Shown here: positions 21,717 to 30,618 of the stretch, in pieces
Numbering within the stretch: the stretch's first letter is position 1
How the letters are laid out: the number at the start of each line of letters is the position of its first letter
Source: Actinomycetales bacterium
Lineage (GTDB): Bacteria; Actinomycetota; Actinomycetes; Mycobacteriales; Micromonosporaceae
Length of the DNA: 64,000 nt
Direction: 5' to 3'
Assembly: GCA_002919305.1 (NCBI GenBank)
Contig: PKFB01000015.1
Location: forward strand, 793 to 64,792
Position numbers and translations under genes: made by a program
Notes under the pieces: model-generated
What the model was told of the DNA's origin: nothing
Databases searched by the model: none
What the model saw: only the letters and a program-made list of their open reading frames with translations

Positions 21717-22894
21717 CCCGCCTCCTTCGCGGAGTGACTCCCCTCCGCGACCCCTTGGAGCAGGGCGTCGAATCGTTCGGCCCGGACACGCCACCGTTGG
21801 GTGTCCCGGGCGTACACCTCCCGCGCCACCTCGGCTAAGGCCTGGGCCAGGCCGGTCAGGTCCAACCGGCTGGCCCGGGTCACCTGCTCTGTCCACTCGG
21901 CCGGCACTGCGGCGGAGCCACCCAACGCCCCAGCCATGGCCCCCACCATCGTGGCGATGGAGTCGGCGTCTCGGCCGTAGTTGGTGGCGCCCAGCAACGC
22001 CTCCCGGGCATTACCCCGCGCCACCACCAACATCCCCAACGCGATCGGGAGTTCTTCGATGGAGTGCAGCCGGCTGGGGCGCCGCGCCCCCAGTCCGGGA
22101 TTTCGGTAGTCCTCGCCCACCGTGTCGAACGGAGCCATGGCGGCCCGCAGCGGGGCCAGCGCCTCCCGCCAGTCGGTGTACCGCTGTGCGGTGGAGCAGA
22201 CCGCTTCGATCGCCGAACGGGTGCCGTCCTTGGCCAGTTCCAGGCAGGCCGCCACCACATCGTCGACGGTCGCGGCGGCAGTCATCGCCGCCGCGACACC
22301 AGCCGCGAAAACTCCGGCCGCCTCCCGTCCGTAACTGGACTGGTGGGCGCCGGCGATCTCAATCGCCTCGGCGTAGGCCCCCGCCGGATTACCGGCGTTG
22401 ACCACGCCGACCGGGGCCATATACATCGCCGCCCCGCAGTTGACGATGTTGCCGACCCCGGCCTCCCGCGGATCGGCGTGGCCGTGCATCAAGCGCCCCA
22501 CCATGAACCGCTCGGCCAACGCCAGGCGGTGAAAGGCCACCGTTTCGCGCTCCAGGTCCGGCACGAAGGTGGGGCGCCCGACCAAATCCGGAATCAGATG
22601 CTCGGCGATGTCATAGGCATCCAAGTGGTCGCGTTTCCGCGTATAGACCCGGATCAGCGCGTGGGTGAGCAGCGTGTCATCGGTGATATGACCGTCACCC
22701 TTGTGATACGGCGCCGTCGGACGGGCGGTCTGCCAGTCGGGGTGGAACGGTGGCGCGGGGCCGTCCACCCACCCGGCGTACCGCTGCCGGATCTGATCGG
22801 GTAACGCTCCCTCGGTGGCGCCGCCTAAAGCGTCACCGACAGCCGCGCCGGTCAAACATCCAACGATCTTGTCTTCCAGAAGGGTCACCGTCAC
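21713..22894 (-). CDS. ADP-ribosylglycohydrolase-family protein (canonical motifs)
   Basis: IVGCLTGAAVGDALGGATEG and NYGRDADSIATMVGAMAGALGG. GTG start overlaps the binding-protein stop (GTGA). Confidence 0.85.
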   Translation of the reverse strand: MTVTLLEDKIVGCLTGAAVGDALGGATEGALPDQIRQRYAGWVDGPAPPFHPDWQTARPTAPYHKGDGHITDDTLLTHALIRVYTRKRDHLDAYDIAEHLIPDLVGRPTFVPDLERETVAFHRLALAERFMVGRLMHGHADPREAGVGNIVNCGAAMYMAPVGVVNAGNPAGAYAEAIEIAGAHQSSYGREAAGVFAAGVAAAMTAAATVDDVVAACLELAKDGTRSAIEAVCSTAQRYTDWREALAPLRAAMAPFDTVGEDYRNPGLGARRPSRLHSIEELPIALGMLVVARGNAREALLGATNYGRDADSIATMVGAMAGALGGSAAVPAEWTEQVTRASRLDLTGLAQALAEVAREVYARDTQRWRVRAERFDALLQGVAEGSHSAKEAG

Positions 22895-24171
22895 CGCAAC
22901 ACCTGCTCGCCGCCTTCAATCAACCGTTGTCCCAGCTCCTCCAGGGAGATCGCGTTCGCGAAGTACTCCTGGAACGCCGGGGTGGCGATTCTGGTCCGCC
23001 ACTCCGCCAGCTCCACCACCCGCTGGAACGGAGCCAGCACCAGGTTGTCGACGCTGGCCACCGCGATATCCCAGCCGTTCTCCCCGCCGGTTTCGGCCAG
23101 CACCTGCTCACCAGCGCTCCGTCCGGTGGGGACCAGCCAGTCCCCCATCGCCAGCCGGGCCATGTTCTCCGGAGCCAGGAAGAAATCGATGAACTGCATC
23201 GCCTCTTCGGGGTGCTCGGACTGCGCCGCGATCGACAACGTCTGCGGGTTCCCCGCCTGCTCCTGGCTGTCACCCAACAGCGGCGGCAGCGTCACCCACT
23301 GGAACCCCTCGGGGGCCTGCTCCACCATCTGCTGACGCAGGTAGATGGAGCCGGGCAGCATCGCGTACTGGCCGGCGAAGAAACCAGGCAACGGATCCGT
23401 CCCACCCATGCTGAGCGCGTCGGGATCCGCCGACTGGTCCCGGTACACCATGTCGTGGATCCGCTGAGGCACCTCAGCCTCGGCGTCCCCGAAGACCACC
23501 TCGGGCCGGTCCCCGTCGAATGAGAAGTACTCCCCGCCGAAGTTCAGGCTGAGATTGAGGATCCGGTTGACCGGCTGACGCAGCGCCCAGGCCACCCCGT
23601 ACCGCTCCGAGGTGGTCAAAGCCCGGGCGTGCTCAGCGAACTCATCCCAGGTCCACGGGTCGTCCACCGTGGGGATCGGGATGTTCGCCTCCTCCAACAG
23701 GGCCCGGTTGGCGATCACGACCTGCGACTCCAGCAGGAACGGCACCCCGAAGATCGCCCCGTCAGGGGTGGTGACGGTCTCCCAGATCGCGTCGCCGATC
23801 TCCTCACGCAGCGCGTCGGTCAGCAGATCCGACAGGTCCGCCAGGTAGCCGTCCCGGGCAAACTGGCTGGCCAGCGCCGCCTCGTAGTGGATGATGTCCG
23901 GCGCGTCTCCGCCTTCGAACCCGGTCAACAGCTGGTCATGCACCGAATCCCAGCTGCCCTGGATGTACTCGATCTGGATCTCGGGGTGCTCCCGGTTCCA
24001 CTGCTCGACCAGCTCCTCATTGGCCTGCACCGAGGCTTCCTGCCAGGCCAGGCTTAAAAACTGCAGCGTGACCGGACCGTCACCGGACCCCTCGTCGTCG
24101 CCGCCACAGGCGGCCAGTGACGTCAGGGCTAAACCAGCCACAGCGGTGGCGGCCGCGAATCTGCGTAACAT
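22891..24171 (-). CDS. ABC sugar transporter, extracellular solute-binding lipoprotein (family 1)
   Basis: Start moved to ATG 24171. MLRRFAAATAVAGLALTSLAACGG gives a lipobox, with GAGGAGGAA upstream. The remainder looks like an SBP_bac_1 sugar binder. Confidence 0.8.
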   Translation of the reverse strand: MLRRFAAATAVAGLALTSLAACGGDDEGSGDGPVTLQFLSLAWQEASVQANEELVEQWNREHPEIQIEYIQGSWDSVHDQLLTGFEGGDAPDIIHYEAALASQFARDGYLADLSDLLTDALREEIGDAIWETVTTPDGAIFGVPFLLESQVVIANRALLEEANIPIPTVDDPWTWDEFAEHARALTTSERYGVAWALRQPVNRILNLSLNFGGEYFSFDGDRPEVVFGDAEAEVPQRIHDMVYRDQSADPDALSMGGTDPLPGFFAGQYAMLPGSIYLRQQMVEQAPEGFQWVTLPPLLGDSQEQAGNPQTLSIAAQSEHPEEAMQFIDFFLAPENMARLAMGDWLVPTGRSAGEQVLAETGGENGWDIAVASVDNLVLAPFQRVVELAEWRTRIATPAFQEYFANAISLEELGQRLIEGGEQVLR

Positions 24172-24328
24172 CGCTTCCTCCTCAGGTGGGGGACTAGGTT
24201 GGGGGACTGAGGTGCGGACGCGCCGCACAGACGCGTCCAAGGCTGTGGATGCCCACATGGAGGGCGGCTGGGGGAGCCACCGACCCGACGGGGCCCACAA
24301 CAGACCAGATGGGGGTACGCGGAACCGA

Positions 24329-25165
24329 TCAGCCTTTGACCGCCCCGGCCAATGCGCCGGAGGTCAGGCGCCGTTGCAGGAACCCGAAGAACACCAAACT
24401 GGGAATCGTGGCCAGCAGCGAACCCGCCGCCAGCGGCCCCAGCCGTGTGATGCCCTCAATGCCAACGAAGCGCGCCAACGCCAACGGCAACGTCGCCAAC
24501 TCCGGTTGCCGCAACAGCACCAAGGCGAAGAAGAACTCATTCCACGCCGAGATGAAGGCGAACAGCGCCGCCGCGACGACCCCCGGCACCAGCAGGGGCG
24601 CCACCACCAGCCGCAGCGTCTGCAATCGGGAGGCTCCGTCGACCGCCGCCGCCTCCTCCACTTCCCGGGGGACGGAGCGGACGAAGCTCTGCAGCATCCA
24701 CAACGCAAAGGGCAGCGACCAGACCACGTACACCAGCAGCAGGCCGAACAGACTGTTGGTCAGCTCCACCTGCCGCAGGATCATGAACATTGGGATCACC
24801 AGCAGGATGAACGGGAACAGCTGGGACAGCAGAATCCATCCTGTCGCGGCGGTGTTGAGCCGAGTCCGGTAACGCGCCAGGGCGTACGCGGCCGGCAACG
24901 CGATCACCACCGTCGCCACCGCCGAGCCCAACGCGACGATCAGGCTATTGAACGCCGCACGTACCAGATCCTGCTCCGTAAAGGCCGAGATGTAGTTGTC
25001 CAGGGTGGGGTGGTGCGGGATGAGCGTGGGGTGGATCTCCACCATCTCCCGAGGCTGCTTAAACGATGTGGACAGCATCCACAGCAACGGGAACGACAAG
25101 AACGCCAGGTAGCCCACGAGCACCAGGTACTGCAGCCCACGGACCAGGGGATGGGTCTTGATCAT
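24329..25165 (-). CDS. ABC sugar transporter permease (MalG/BPD_transp_1 type)
   Basis: 278 aa, 6 TM, with EAA loop VEEAAAVDGASRLQTLRLVVAPLLVPG. Confidence 0.9.
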   Translation of the reverse strand: MIKTHPLVRGLQYLVLVGYLAFLSFPLLWMLSTSFKQPREMVEIHPTLIPHHPTLDNYISAFTEQDLVRAAFNSLIVALGSAVATVVIALPAAYALARYRTRLNTAATGWILLSQLFPFILLVIPMFMILRQVELTNSLFGLLLVYVVWSLPFALWMLQSFVRSVPREVEEAAAVDGASRLQTLRLVVAPLLVPGVVAAALFAFISAWNEFFFALVLLRQPELATLPLALARFVGIEGITRLGPLAAGSLLATIPSLVFFGFLQRRLTSGALAGAVKG

Positions 25166-25232
25166 CGGGCCTCCCGGATCGGTGACGTCGCGTGTCGTAC
25201 GGGCGGTAGCGGCAAACTCACCGTCGTCGGCC

Positions 25233-26159
25233 TCATGTCGCCTCCCGCATCCGCCGACGCAGGTACAGGCTGAGCAGGGCGACGATGATCAGCACCATCG
25301 CGCCTCCCATCGCGGCGGCGTAGCCGAAGTTGCCGTACCGGAAGGCCTCCTCGTACGCGAAGAGCATCGGCAGCATGGTTCGGCCACCAGGCCCACCGGC
25401 CGTCAACACATAGACCAGGCCGAAGGAATTGAAGTTCCAAATGAAATCCAAAGACGTGATCGCGATGATCACGGGGCGCAGCTGCGGCACCGTGATGTGC
25501 CAGAAGCGCCGCCACGCGCTGGCTCCGTCCATCGCGGCCGCTTCGTGCAGCTCGTTGGGGATCCCCTGCAGCCCGGCCAGCAGCACGATGGTGGTCTGCG
25601 GCATCCCCGCCCAGACCCCCACCACGATCACGGCGGGCAACGCTGTGGAGAAGTCACCGAGCCAGTTGGTGCTCAGCCCGTCCAGGCCGATCCGGTAGAG
25701 CAATTCGTTCAGCAGACCGGCGTCAGGGTGGTAGACGAGCTGCCACATGATGCCGACGATGACCGGCGGCATCGCCCACGGCACCAGCGCGAGGGTCCGG
25801 GCGAGCCAACGGAGACGGAGCGGCTGTTGCAGCAGCAACGCCAGCCCGAAGGCGAGCACGAACTGAATACCGGTGACCGCGAAGGCCCAGATCAGACCGA
25901 TGCGGAAGGACTCCCAAAACAGGGTGTCCTCCAGCAACTGTCGGTAGTTGTCCAGCCCCACGAAGTGGGTGTCCTGGTTCAGTCCGGCCCGGGCGTCGGT
26001 AAAGCCCAAATACAGCCCGTTGAGCAGAGGGATGACCGATAACAGCACCACCGGCAGCAGGGCCGGGATGACCAACAGGTACGCGTAGCGGGTGTCCCGC
26101 GTCGCTAATGCGTTCCGACGCCGCTCCTCCACGGCGCGGTGCTCCACGACCACGCTCAT
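25233..26159 (-). CDS. ABC sugar transporter permease (MalF type)
   Basis: 308 aa with EAA loop LHEAAAMDGASAWRRFWHITVPQLRP. The ATG overlaps the LacI stop (ATGA). Confidence 0.9.
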   Translation of the reverse strand: MSVVVEHRAVEERRRNALATRDTRYAYLLVIPALLPVVLLSVIPLLNGLYLGFTDARAGLNQDTHFVGLDNYRQLLEDTLFWESFRIGLIWAFAVTGIQFVLAFGLALLLQQPLRLRWLARTLALVPWAMPPVIVGIMWQLVYHPDAGLLNELLYRIGLDGLSTNWLGDFSTALPAVIVVGVWAGMPQTTIVLLAGLQGIPNELHEAAAMDGASAWRRFWHITVPQLRPVIIAITSLDFIWNFNSFGLVYVLTAGGPGGRTMLPMLFAYEEAFRYGNFGYAAAMGGAMVLIIVALLSLYLRRRMREAT

Positions 26160-27184
26160 GGCCGCACCGCCCGACTGGAGGCCCGGATCACCAGACGAGG
26201 CGGGACGGTGACCCTCGCCGGTGGTCGATCCGGGTCGACCAAACGGTCCAAAAGCAGCTGCGCAGCGGTCTGTCCCCGCTCTTCTGAACCCAGCGACACA
26301 CTGGACAGCTGCGGGAACGACATCCGCGCCAGGTCGGTGTCGTCCATGCCGACCAGCGCGATCTCCTCCGGCACCCGGATACCGCGGCTGAGGAGGGTGT
26401 GCAGCGCCCCCACCGCGATCAGGTCGTTGGCGCAGAAGATCGCGTCCGGGCGTACCCGGTCCAACAGCCGCTCCGTTGCCCGTCGACCGTCCTCATATCG
26501 GAAGTCCCCGATCTCGATCAGCGCATCGTCGGCGGGGAGGCCGAGCCGGTCCCGGGCAGCGAGGTACCCGGCCTGCCGCGCCGCTCCAGGAACGGTGTCC
26601 AGCGGCCCGTTGATCAACGCGATGCGGCGCCGGCCACTCTCCACCAGGTGGCTCAGGGCGAGCCCGACACCGCTGTGCGAGTCGGTCCGGACGTTGTCGA
26701 CCTCAACGTCGTCGGGCAACGCACCGACGACCACCACCGGCCCGGCGGCCCGGCTCAGGGCCTCCAGATGCGCGTCGGTCACCCGGATGGGGACGAGCAC
26801 CAACCCGTCGACGTAACGCTTGGCCAGCCCGTCCAACAGTTCGACCTCGCCGTCGGGGTCGGCTCCGGTGGCGTGGACCACCAGTCGGTATCCGGCCCGC
26901 CGGACGACGGTCTCCATGGCCCGCATCATCGCCACATAGACCGGGTTGCCGATGTCTTCGACAGCCAGCGCCAACATGTCGGTGCGGCGGGACCGGAGGG
27001 ACCGGGCCACGGCGTTGGGCACGTACCCCACCTTGGCGGCGGCGGCGCGGACCCGTTGCTCGGTCTCTGGGCTGGCTCCCAGTCCATTGAGGACACGGGA
27101 CGCCGAAGCGATCGAGACTCCCGCCAGTTTGGCCACGGTATGCACCGTGGGAGCGCGGTTTCCCTGTAAACGTTTACGCGCCAC
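26156..27184 (-). CDS. LacI/GalR-family transcriptional regulator
   Basis: N-terminal HTH TVHTVAKLAGVSIASASRVLNG...VGYVPNAVARSLRS followed by a periplasmic-binding-protein-like fold. GTG start. Confidence 0.9.
   Translation of the reverse strand: MARKRLQGNRAPTVHTVAKLAGVSIASASRVLNGLGASPETEQRVRAAAAKVGYVPNAVARSLRSRRTDMLALAVEDIGNPVYVAMMRAMETVVRRAGYRLVVHATGADPDGEVELLDGLAKRYVDGLVLVPIRVTDAHLEALSRAAGPVVVVGALPDDVEVDNVRTDSHSGVGLALSHLVESGRRRIALINGPLDTVPGAARQAGYLAARDRLGLPADDALIEIGDFRYEDGRRATERLLDRVRPDAIFCANDLIAVGALHTLLSRGIRVPEEIALVGMDDTDLARMSFPQLSSVSLGSEERGQTAAQLLLDRLVDPDRPPARVTVPPRLVIRASSRAVRP
27165..27178. promoter_or_regulatory. LacI-type operator half of a pair: TGTAAACGTTTACG (13/14 palindromic), inside the first codons of the regulator gene
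   Basis: Read directly. Together with its flanks, CCCTGTAAACGTTTAC (27162-27177) is the exact reverse complement of 27210-27225. Confidence 0.55.
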
Positions 27185-27208
27185 GCCGCACGCTCCTCCT
27201 GCCCAGGG

Positions 27209-27222
27209 TGTAAACGTTTACA
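27209..27222. promoter_or_regulatory. Perfect 14-bp palindrome TGTAAACGTTTACA about 25 bp upstream of the LacI start; candidate auto-operator
   Basis: Read directly. The CG-centred 14-bp palindrome matches LacI/GalR operator design. Its centre is 44 bp from the first site. Confidence 0.6.
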
Positions 27223-27503
27223 GGGCAGTGTGGTGCGGGTTACAGACCCCTGTCAAGAAATCCACCGACCCCTGAAATGCGATCGTGACCAGCGGAAACG
27301 CTCTGTCCGAGATCCTGTCCGATCCTGCCGCCAGGCACCATCCAGCCGCACAGATCCGGCTTGTCAGGACAGACCATCGGCGCACCCGCACACCACACCC
27401 GACGCTGCGCCCCAGGGCAACGCCGCGGCGCTACCGGACACCACCGAGGCAGCCACGTTCTCGGTACGCGGCGTCAACCATCACTGAACGCGAGCGACAA
27501 CCG

Positions 27504-28268
27504 TCACTGAACACGGGCGACGACGAAGATCCGCCGGAACGGAAAAGCCACCCTCCCCCGGCGTACCGGATACTCCTGCGCAAGGCGCTCCGCGAGCACC
27601 GCACGAAACCGCCCCCATTGGTCATCCCCAAGGACAGCGCGCACCGGCCGCAGCGCCGTACCCTCCATCCAGGTGAGCACGGGATGGTCGTCGCCCGCTG
27701 GGAGCAGATGCAGATAGGTAGTCTCCCAGACATCCAGCACACAGTCATCGAGCAGCTCGGCGTACTCGGCCGGCTCCAAGACCGCGTCCGACTTCCGCAG
27801 CACTCCAGCCAGTGCCTTTCGCCACGGCGCTGACTCAGCCAGCTCCCGCAACGCACGGTGCGACGGCGCGTTGAAGTTCCCCGGCACCTGGAACGCCAGC
27901 CAGCTTCCTGGCCGCAGGTGTGACACCCACCGCCGCAGCAGCTCCGTATGCTCCGGTATCCACTGGAGCGTGGCGTTGGAGACCACGACGTCCGCGTCAG
28001 CCGGCAGGCTCCAGTCCCGCAGATCCGCCTGAATGAAGGTGATCCCGGCCTGCAGGGCACGGGCTCGGGCGATCATGTGCGGCGATGAATCCACCCCCGT
28101 GATGTGAGCGGCGGGCCAGCGGTGGGTCAGCGTCACGGTGAGGGTTCCTGGACCGCACCCCAGATCCAGCACGACCCGGGGGTCAGACGCGCCGATCCGA
28201 GCGATCAGATCCAGGAATGGCCGCGCCCGTTCGTCCGCGTACCGCAGATAGGTCTCCGGGTCCCACAT
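27504..28268 (-). CDS. tam: Trans-aconitate 2-methyltransferase
   Basis: MWDPETYLRYADERARPFLDLIARI...VLDLGCGPGTLT...SNATLQWIPEH is the Tam signature. Confidence 0.85.
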   Translation of the reverse strand: MWDPETYLRYADERARPFLDLIARIGASDPRVVLDLGCGPGTLTVTLTHRWPAAHITGVDSSPHMIARARALQAGITFIQADLRDWSLPADADVVVSNATLQWIPEHTELLRRWVSHLRPGSWLAFQVPGNFNAPSHRALRELAESAPWRKALAGVLRKSDAVLEPAEYAELLDDCVLDVWETTYLHLLPAGDDHPVLTWMEGTALRPVRAVLGDDQWGRFRAVLAERLAQEYPVRRGRVAFPFRRIFVVARVQ

Positions 28269-28496
28269 CAGCTTCCCCTCTTTTAAAAACCGTACGTACG
28301 TCTTGTAAAGAGACTCTAGCGCACCACTAACCGCGCCACATCATCCCATACTTCCTAGGAAGCTAGATAGAAGCGGGACAATAAAACAGGACGCAATCTC
28401 CTGTACGCCGCATCGTCGCCGGCATAACACGCCCGATGACGATGGAATGCCTCGGAAGGGCCAGACCGCACAAACCGGCCCTACCGCACCCCTACG

Positions 28497-29336
28497 TCAC
28501 GCGGCCCGAGCGTGGAAACGGCCCCCAGAGTGCTCCACCACCAGCGGCATCCCGAATGTCTTGGACAGGTTCTCGCTCGTGATCACGTCGTGGATTAAGC
28601 CCTGAGCCACCACCGTGCCATTCGCCAACAGCAGGGCGTGTGTGAAATCCGGCGGGATCTCCTCGACGTGGTGGGTGACCAACAGCAAGGTGGGAGCATC
28701 CGGATCGGCCGCCAACTCCGACAACCGTCGCAGCAGGTCCTCCCGACCCCCTAGATCCAATCCGGCCGCCGGCTCGTCCAGCAGCAACAGCTCCGGGTCG
28801 GTCATGAGAGCCCGGGCGATCTGCACCCGTTTCCGCTCTCCCTCCGACAAGGTGCCGTACCGCCGCTCGGCCAGATGCGCCACGCCCAGCTGCTTCAGCA
28901 GGCTCCGCGCGCGTTCCTCATCGAGCTCGTCATACCGCTCACGGAACCGACCCACCACCGCCCACGCCGCGGTCAACACCACGTTGTGCACGGTCTCTGC
29001 CGGTGGGATCCGTTCAGCCAGCGCCGCGGTGGACAACCCGATTCGAGTACGCAGCTCCGAAATATCGGTACGCCCGAGCCGCTCGCCCAAAATGTACGCG
29101 GTACCGGAGGTGGGGTGCAGGCCCCCCGCGATGAGATTCAGCAGCGTCGTCTTCCCCGCCCCGTTAGGGCCGAGTACGACCCACCGTTCATCCAACTCAA
29201 CGGTGTAGGTAACAGAACGGAGTAGATCATTCCCACCGCGGGTGACGGTGACCCCGTCCAGCGCAATGACGACGTCAGGACTTAGGTCACGGTCCTTCGC
29301 AGACACGGCCCCTATCCAACCATGGTTACCGTCCAC
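28497..29336 (-). CDS. ABC transporter ATP-binding protein (stand-alone NBD)
   Basis: Walker A GPNGAGKTTL, signature LSEGERKRVQIA, Walker B LLLLDEPAAGLD. The start is uncertain (GTG 29336 or GTG 29306). Confidence 0.8.
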   Translation of the reverse strand: MDGNHGWIGAVSAKDRDLSPDVVIALDGVTVTRGGNDLLRSVTYTVELDERWVVLGPNGAGKTTLLNLIAGGLHPTSGTAYILGERLGRTDISELRTRIGLSTAALAERIPPAETVHNVVLTAAWAVVGRFRERYDELDEERARSLLKQLGVAHLAERRYGTLSEGERKRVQIARALMTDPELLLLDEPAAGLDLGGREDLLRRLSELAADPDAPTLLLVTHHVEEIPPDFTHALLLANGTVVAQGLIHDVITSENLSKTFGMPLVVEHSGGRFHARAA

Positions 29337-29433
29337 CCTGTGAACAGGCCGGTGCCCGCGGCGTGCGTGTCACATCCCCACCACGATGATGCGAAGGGCT
29401 TAAGGTGAGGCGCCAGAGAGGAAGGGGGAAGCC

Positions 29434-30618
29434 GTGACGCCGGTGATCGAAATCAACGGTCTCCGTAAGACGTACCAAAGCCGGCGGGGCGGTCCCGGAC
29501 TCGCCCTGGACGGATTGGATCTGTTGGTTGAGCCGGGGCAGGTCCACGGCTTCCTGGGTCCCAACGGATCCGGCAAGACCACCACGCTCCGCATCCTGCT
29601 CGGCTTGGTACGCGCCGACTCAGGTCGGATTCACATCTTCGGTGAGCCGGTTCCCGAGCGCCTACCGCAGATCATCAACCAGATCGGCGCGATCGTGGAA
29701 AGCCCACGCTTTTTCGAGAACTTCACCGCCCGACGCACTCTCCGGCTTCTGGCGACGGCGGGTGGGGTACGCCGACGCCGAGTCGATGAAGTGTTGGAGT
29801 TGGTCGGACTCCGGGACCGCGCCAAGGAACGGGTGAAAACCTTCTCCTTGGGAATGAAGCAGCGGTTGGCCGTGGCCGCCGCATTGCTTAAACAACCCCG
29901 CCTGCTGATCCTTGATGAGCCCGTCAACGGCCTGGATCCGGCGGGTATTCATCAAATGCGGGACCTGATCCGTAACCTGACCTCCGAAGGGGTCACGGTC
30001 CTGTTGTCCAGTCACATCCTGGCCGAGGTCCAGCAGATCTGTGACTCGGTTTCAATCATTTCGCGCGGCCGCCGGGTGGCCTACGGCCGAGTGGCGGACG
30101 TGCTCGCTCGATACGACAAGGGTGATGTACGCGTGAAAGCGGCCGATCTGGCTACGGCCGCGAAGATCATCTCGGACGCTGGCCTACCGGTCCAGGTCTA
30201 CGACGACCACATGATCGTCTCGGACCTGGCCGATCCGGCATGGATCACCGAGACGCTCGCCAAGCGGCGGATCTTCGTCTCTGAGCTCACCCCTCTCATG
30301 CCTGACCTGGAGAGCGTCTTCCTGTCGCTGACGGGCACCGCTCCGCGACAGGACGGATACCCGCAGGTTGACGAGAGCGTGCTGCCCCCTTCGGATTTCC
30401 ACGCGGCTCCGGTCTCCCCGCCCACCGTCACGGCCCCGTCATCCCCCGGCCCGGTCCTTCCGCACCAGCCGGGGTCCTCACCCCCCGAAACGACCTCGCC
30501 CGTCCCGGTGTCTGGCGGCCCGGCCGGGCAACCGGCCCCCCAGTCGGTCACCCCACCCGCCAGTCGACCGACCACCTCGAACGGAACGGGCGGTACGCGG
30601 AACGAGGAGGCGCGGTAA
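29434..30618 (+). CDS. ABC-2-type exporter ATP-binding protein with a Pro/Ser/Thr-rich C-terminal tail of about 90 aa
   Basis: Walker A GPNGSGKTTT, signature FSLGMKQRLAVA, Walker B LLILDEPVNGLD. The tail reads PPSDFHAAPVSPPTVTAPSSPGPVLPHQPGSSPPETTSPVP... Confidence 0.9.
   Translation: MTPVIEINGLRKTYQSRRGGPGLALDGLDLLVEPGQVHGFLGPNGSGKTTTLRILLGLVRADSGRIHIFGEPVPERLPQIINQIGAIVESPRFFENFTARRTLRLLATAGGVRRRRVDEVLELVGLRDRAKERVKTFSLGMKQRLAVAAALLKQPRLLILDEPVNGLDPAGIHQMRDLIRNLTSEGVTVLLSSHILAEVQQICDSVSIISRGRRVAYGRVADVLARYDKGDVRVKAADLATAAKIISDAGLPVQVYDDHMIVSDLADPAWITETLAKRRIFVSELTPLMPDLESVFLSLTGTAPRQDGYPQVDESVLPPSDFHAAPVSPPTVTAPSSPGPVLPHQPGSSPPETTSPVPVSGGPAGQPAPQSVTPPASRPTTSNGTGGTRNEEAR

Noticed and set aside
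26156-27184. Whether the LacI-family regulator is the CelR/CebR that binds the cellulase boxes. A TGGGAGCGC half-box occurs at 27147-27155, inside its coding region.
   Set aside because: Its own promoter carries a different perfect palindrome (TGTAAACGTTTACA). The half-box lies within the HTH-coding codons and is only 9/14 of the box, so it is probably coincidental.
27475-27521. A near-tandem duplication of about 23-24 bp (CAACCATCACTGAACGCGAGCGAC / AACCGTCACTGAACACGGGCGAC) that covers the tam stop codon.
   Set aside because: It looks like a small slippage duplication of the gene's 3' end. It has no structure or motif that suggests a function.
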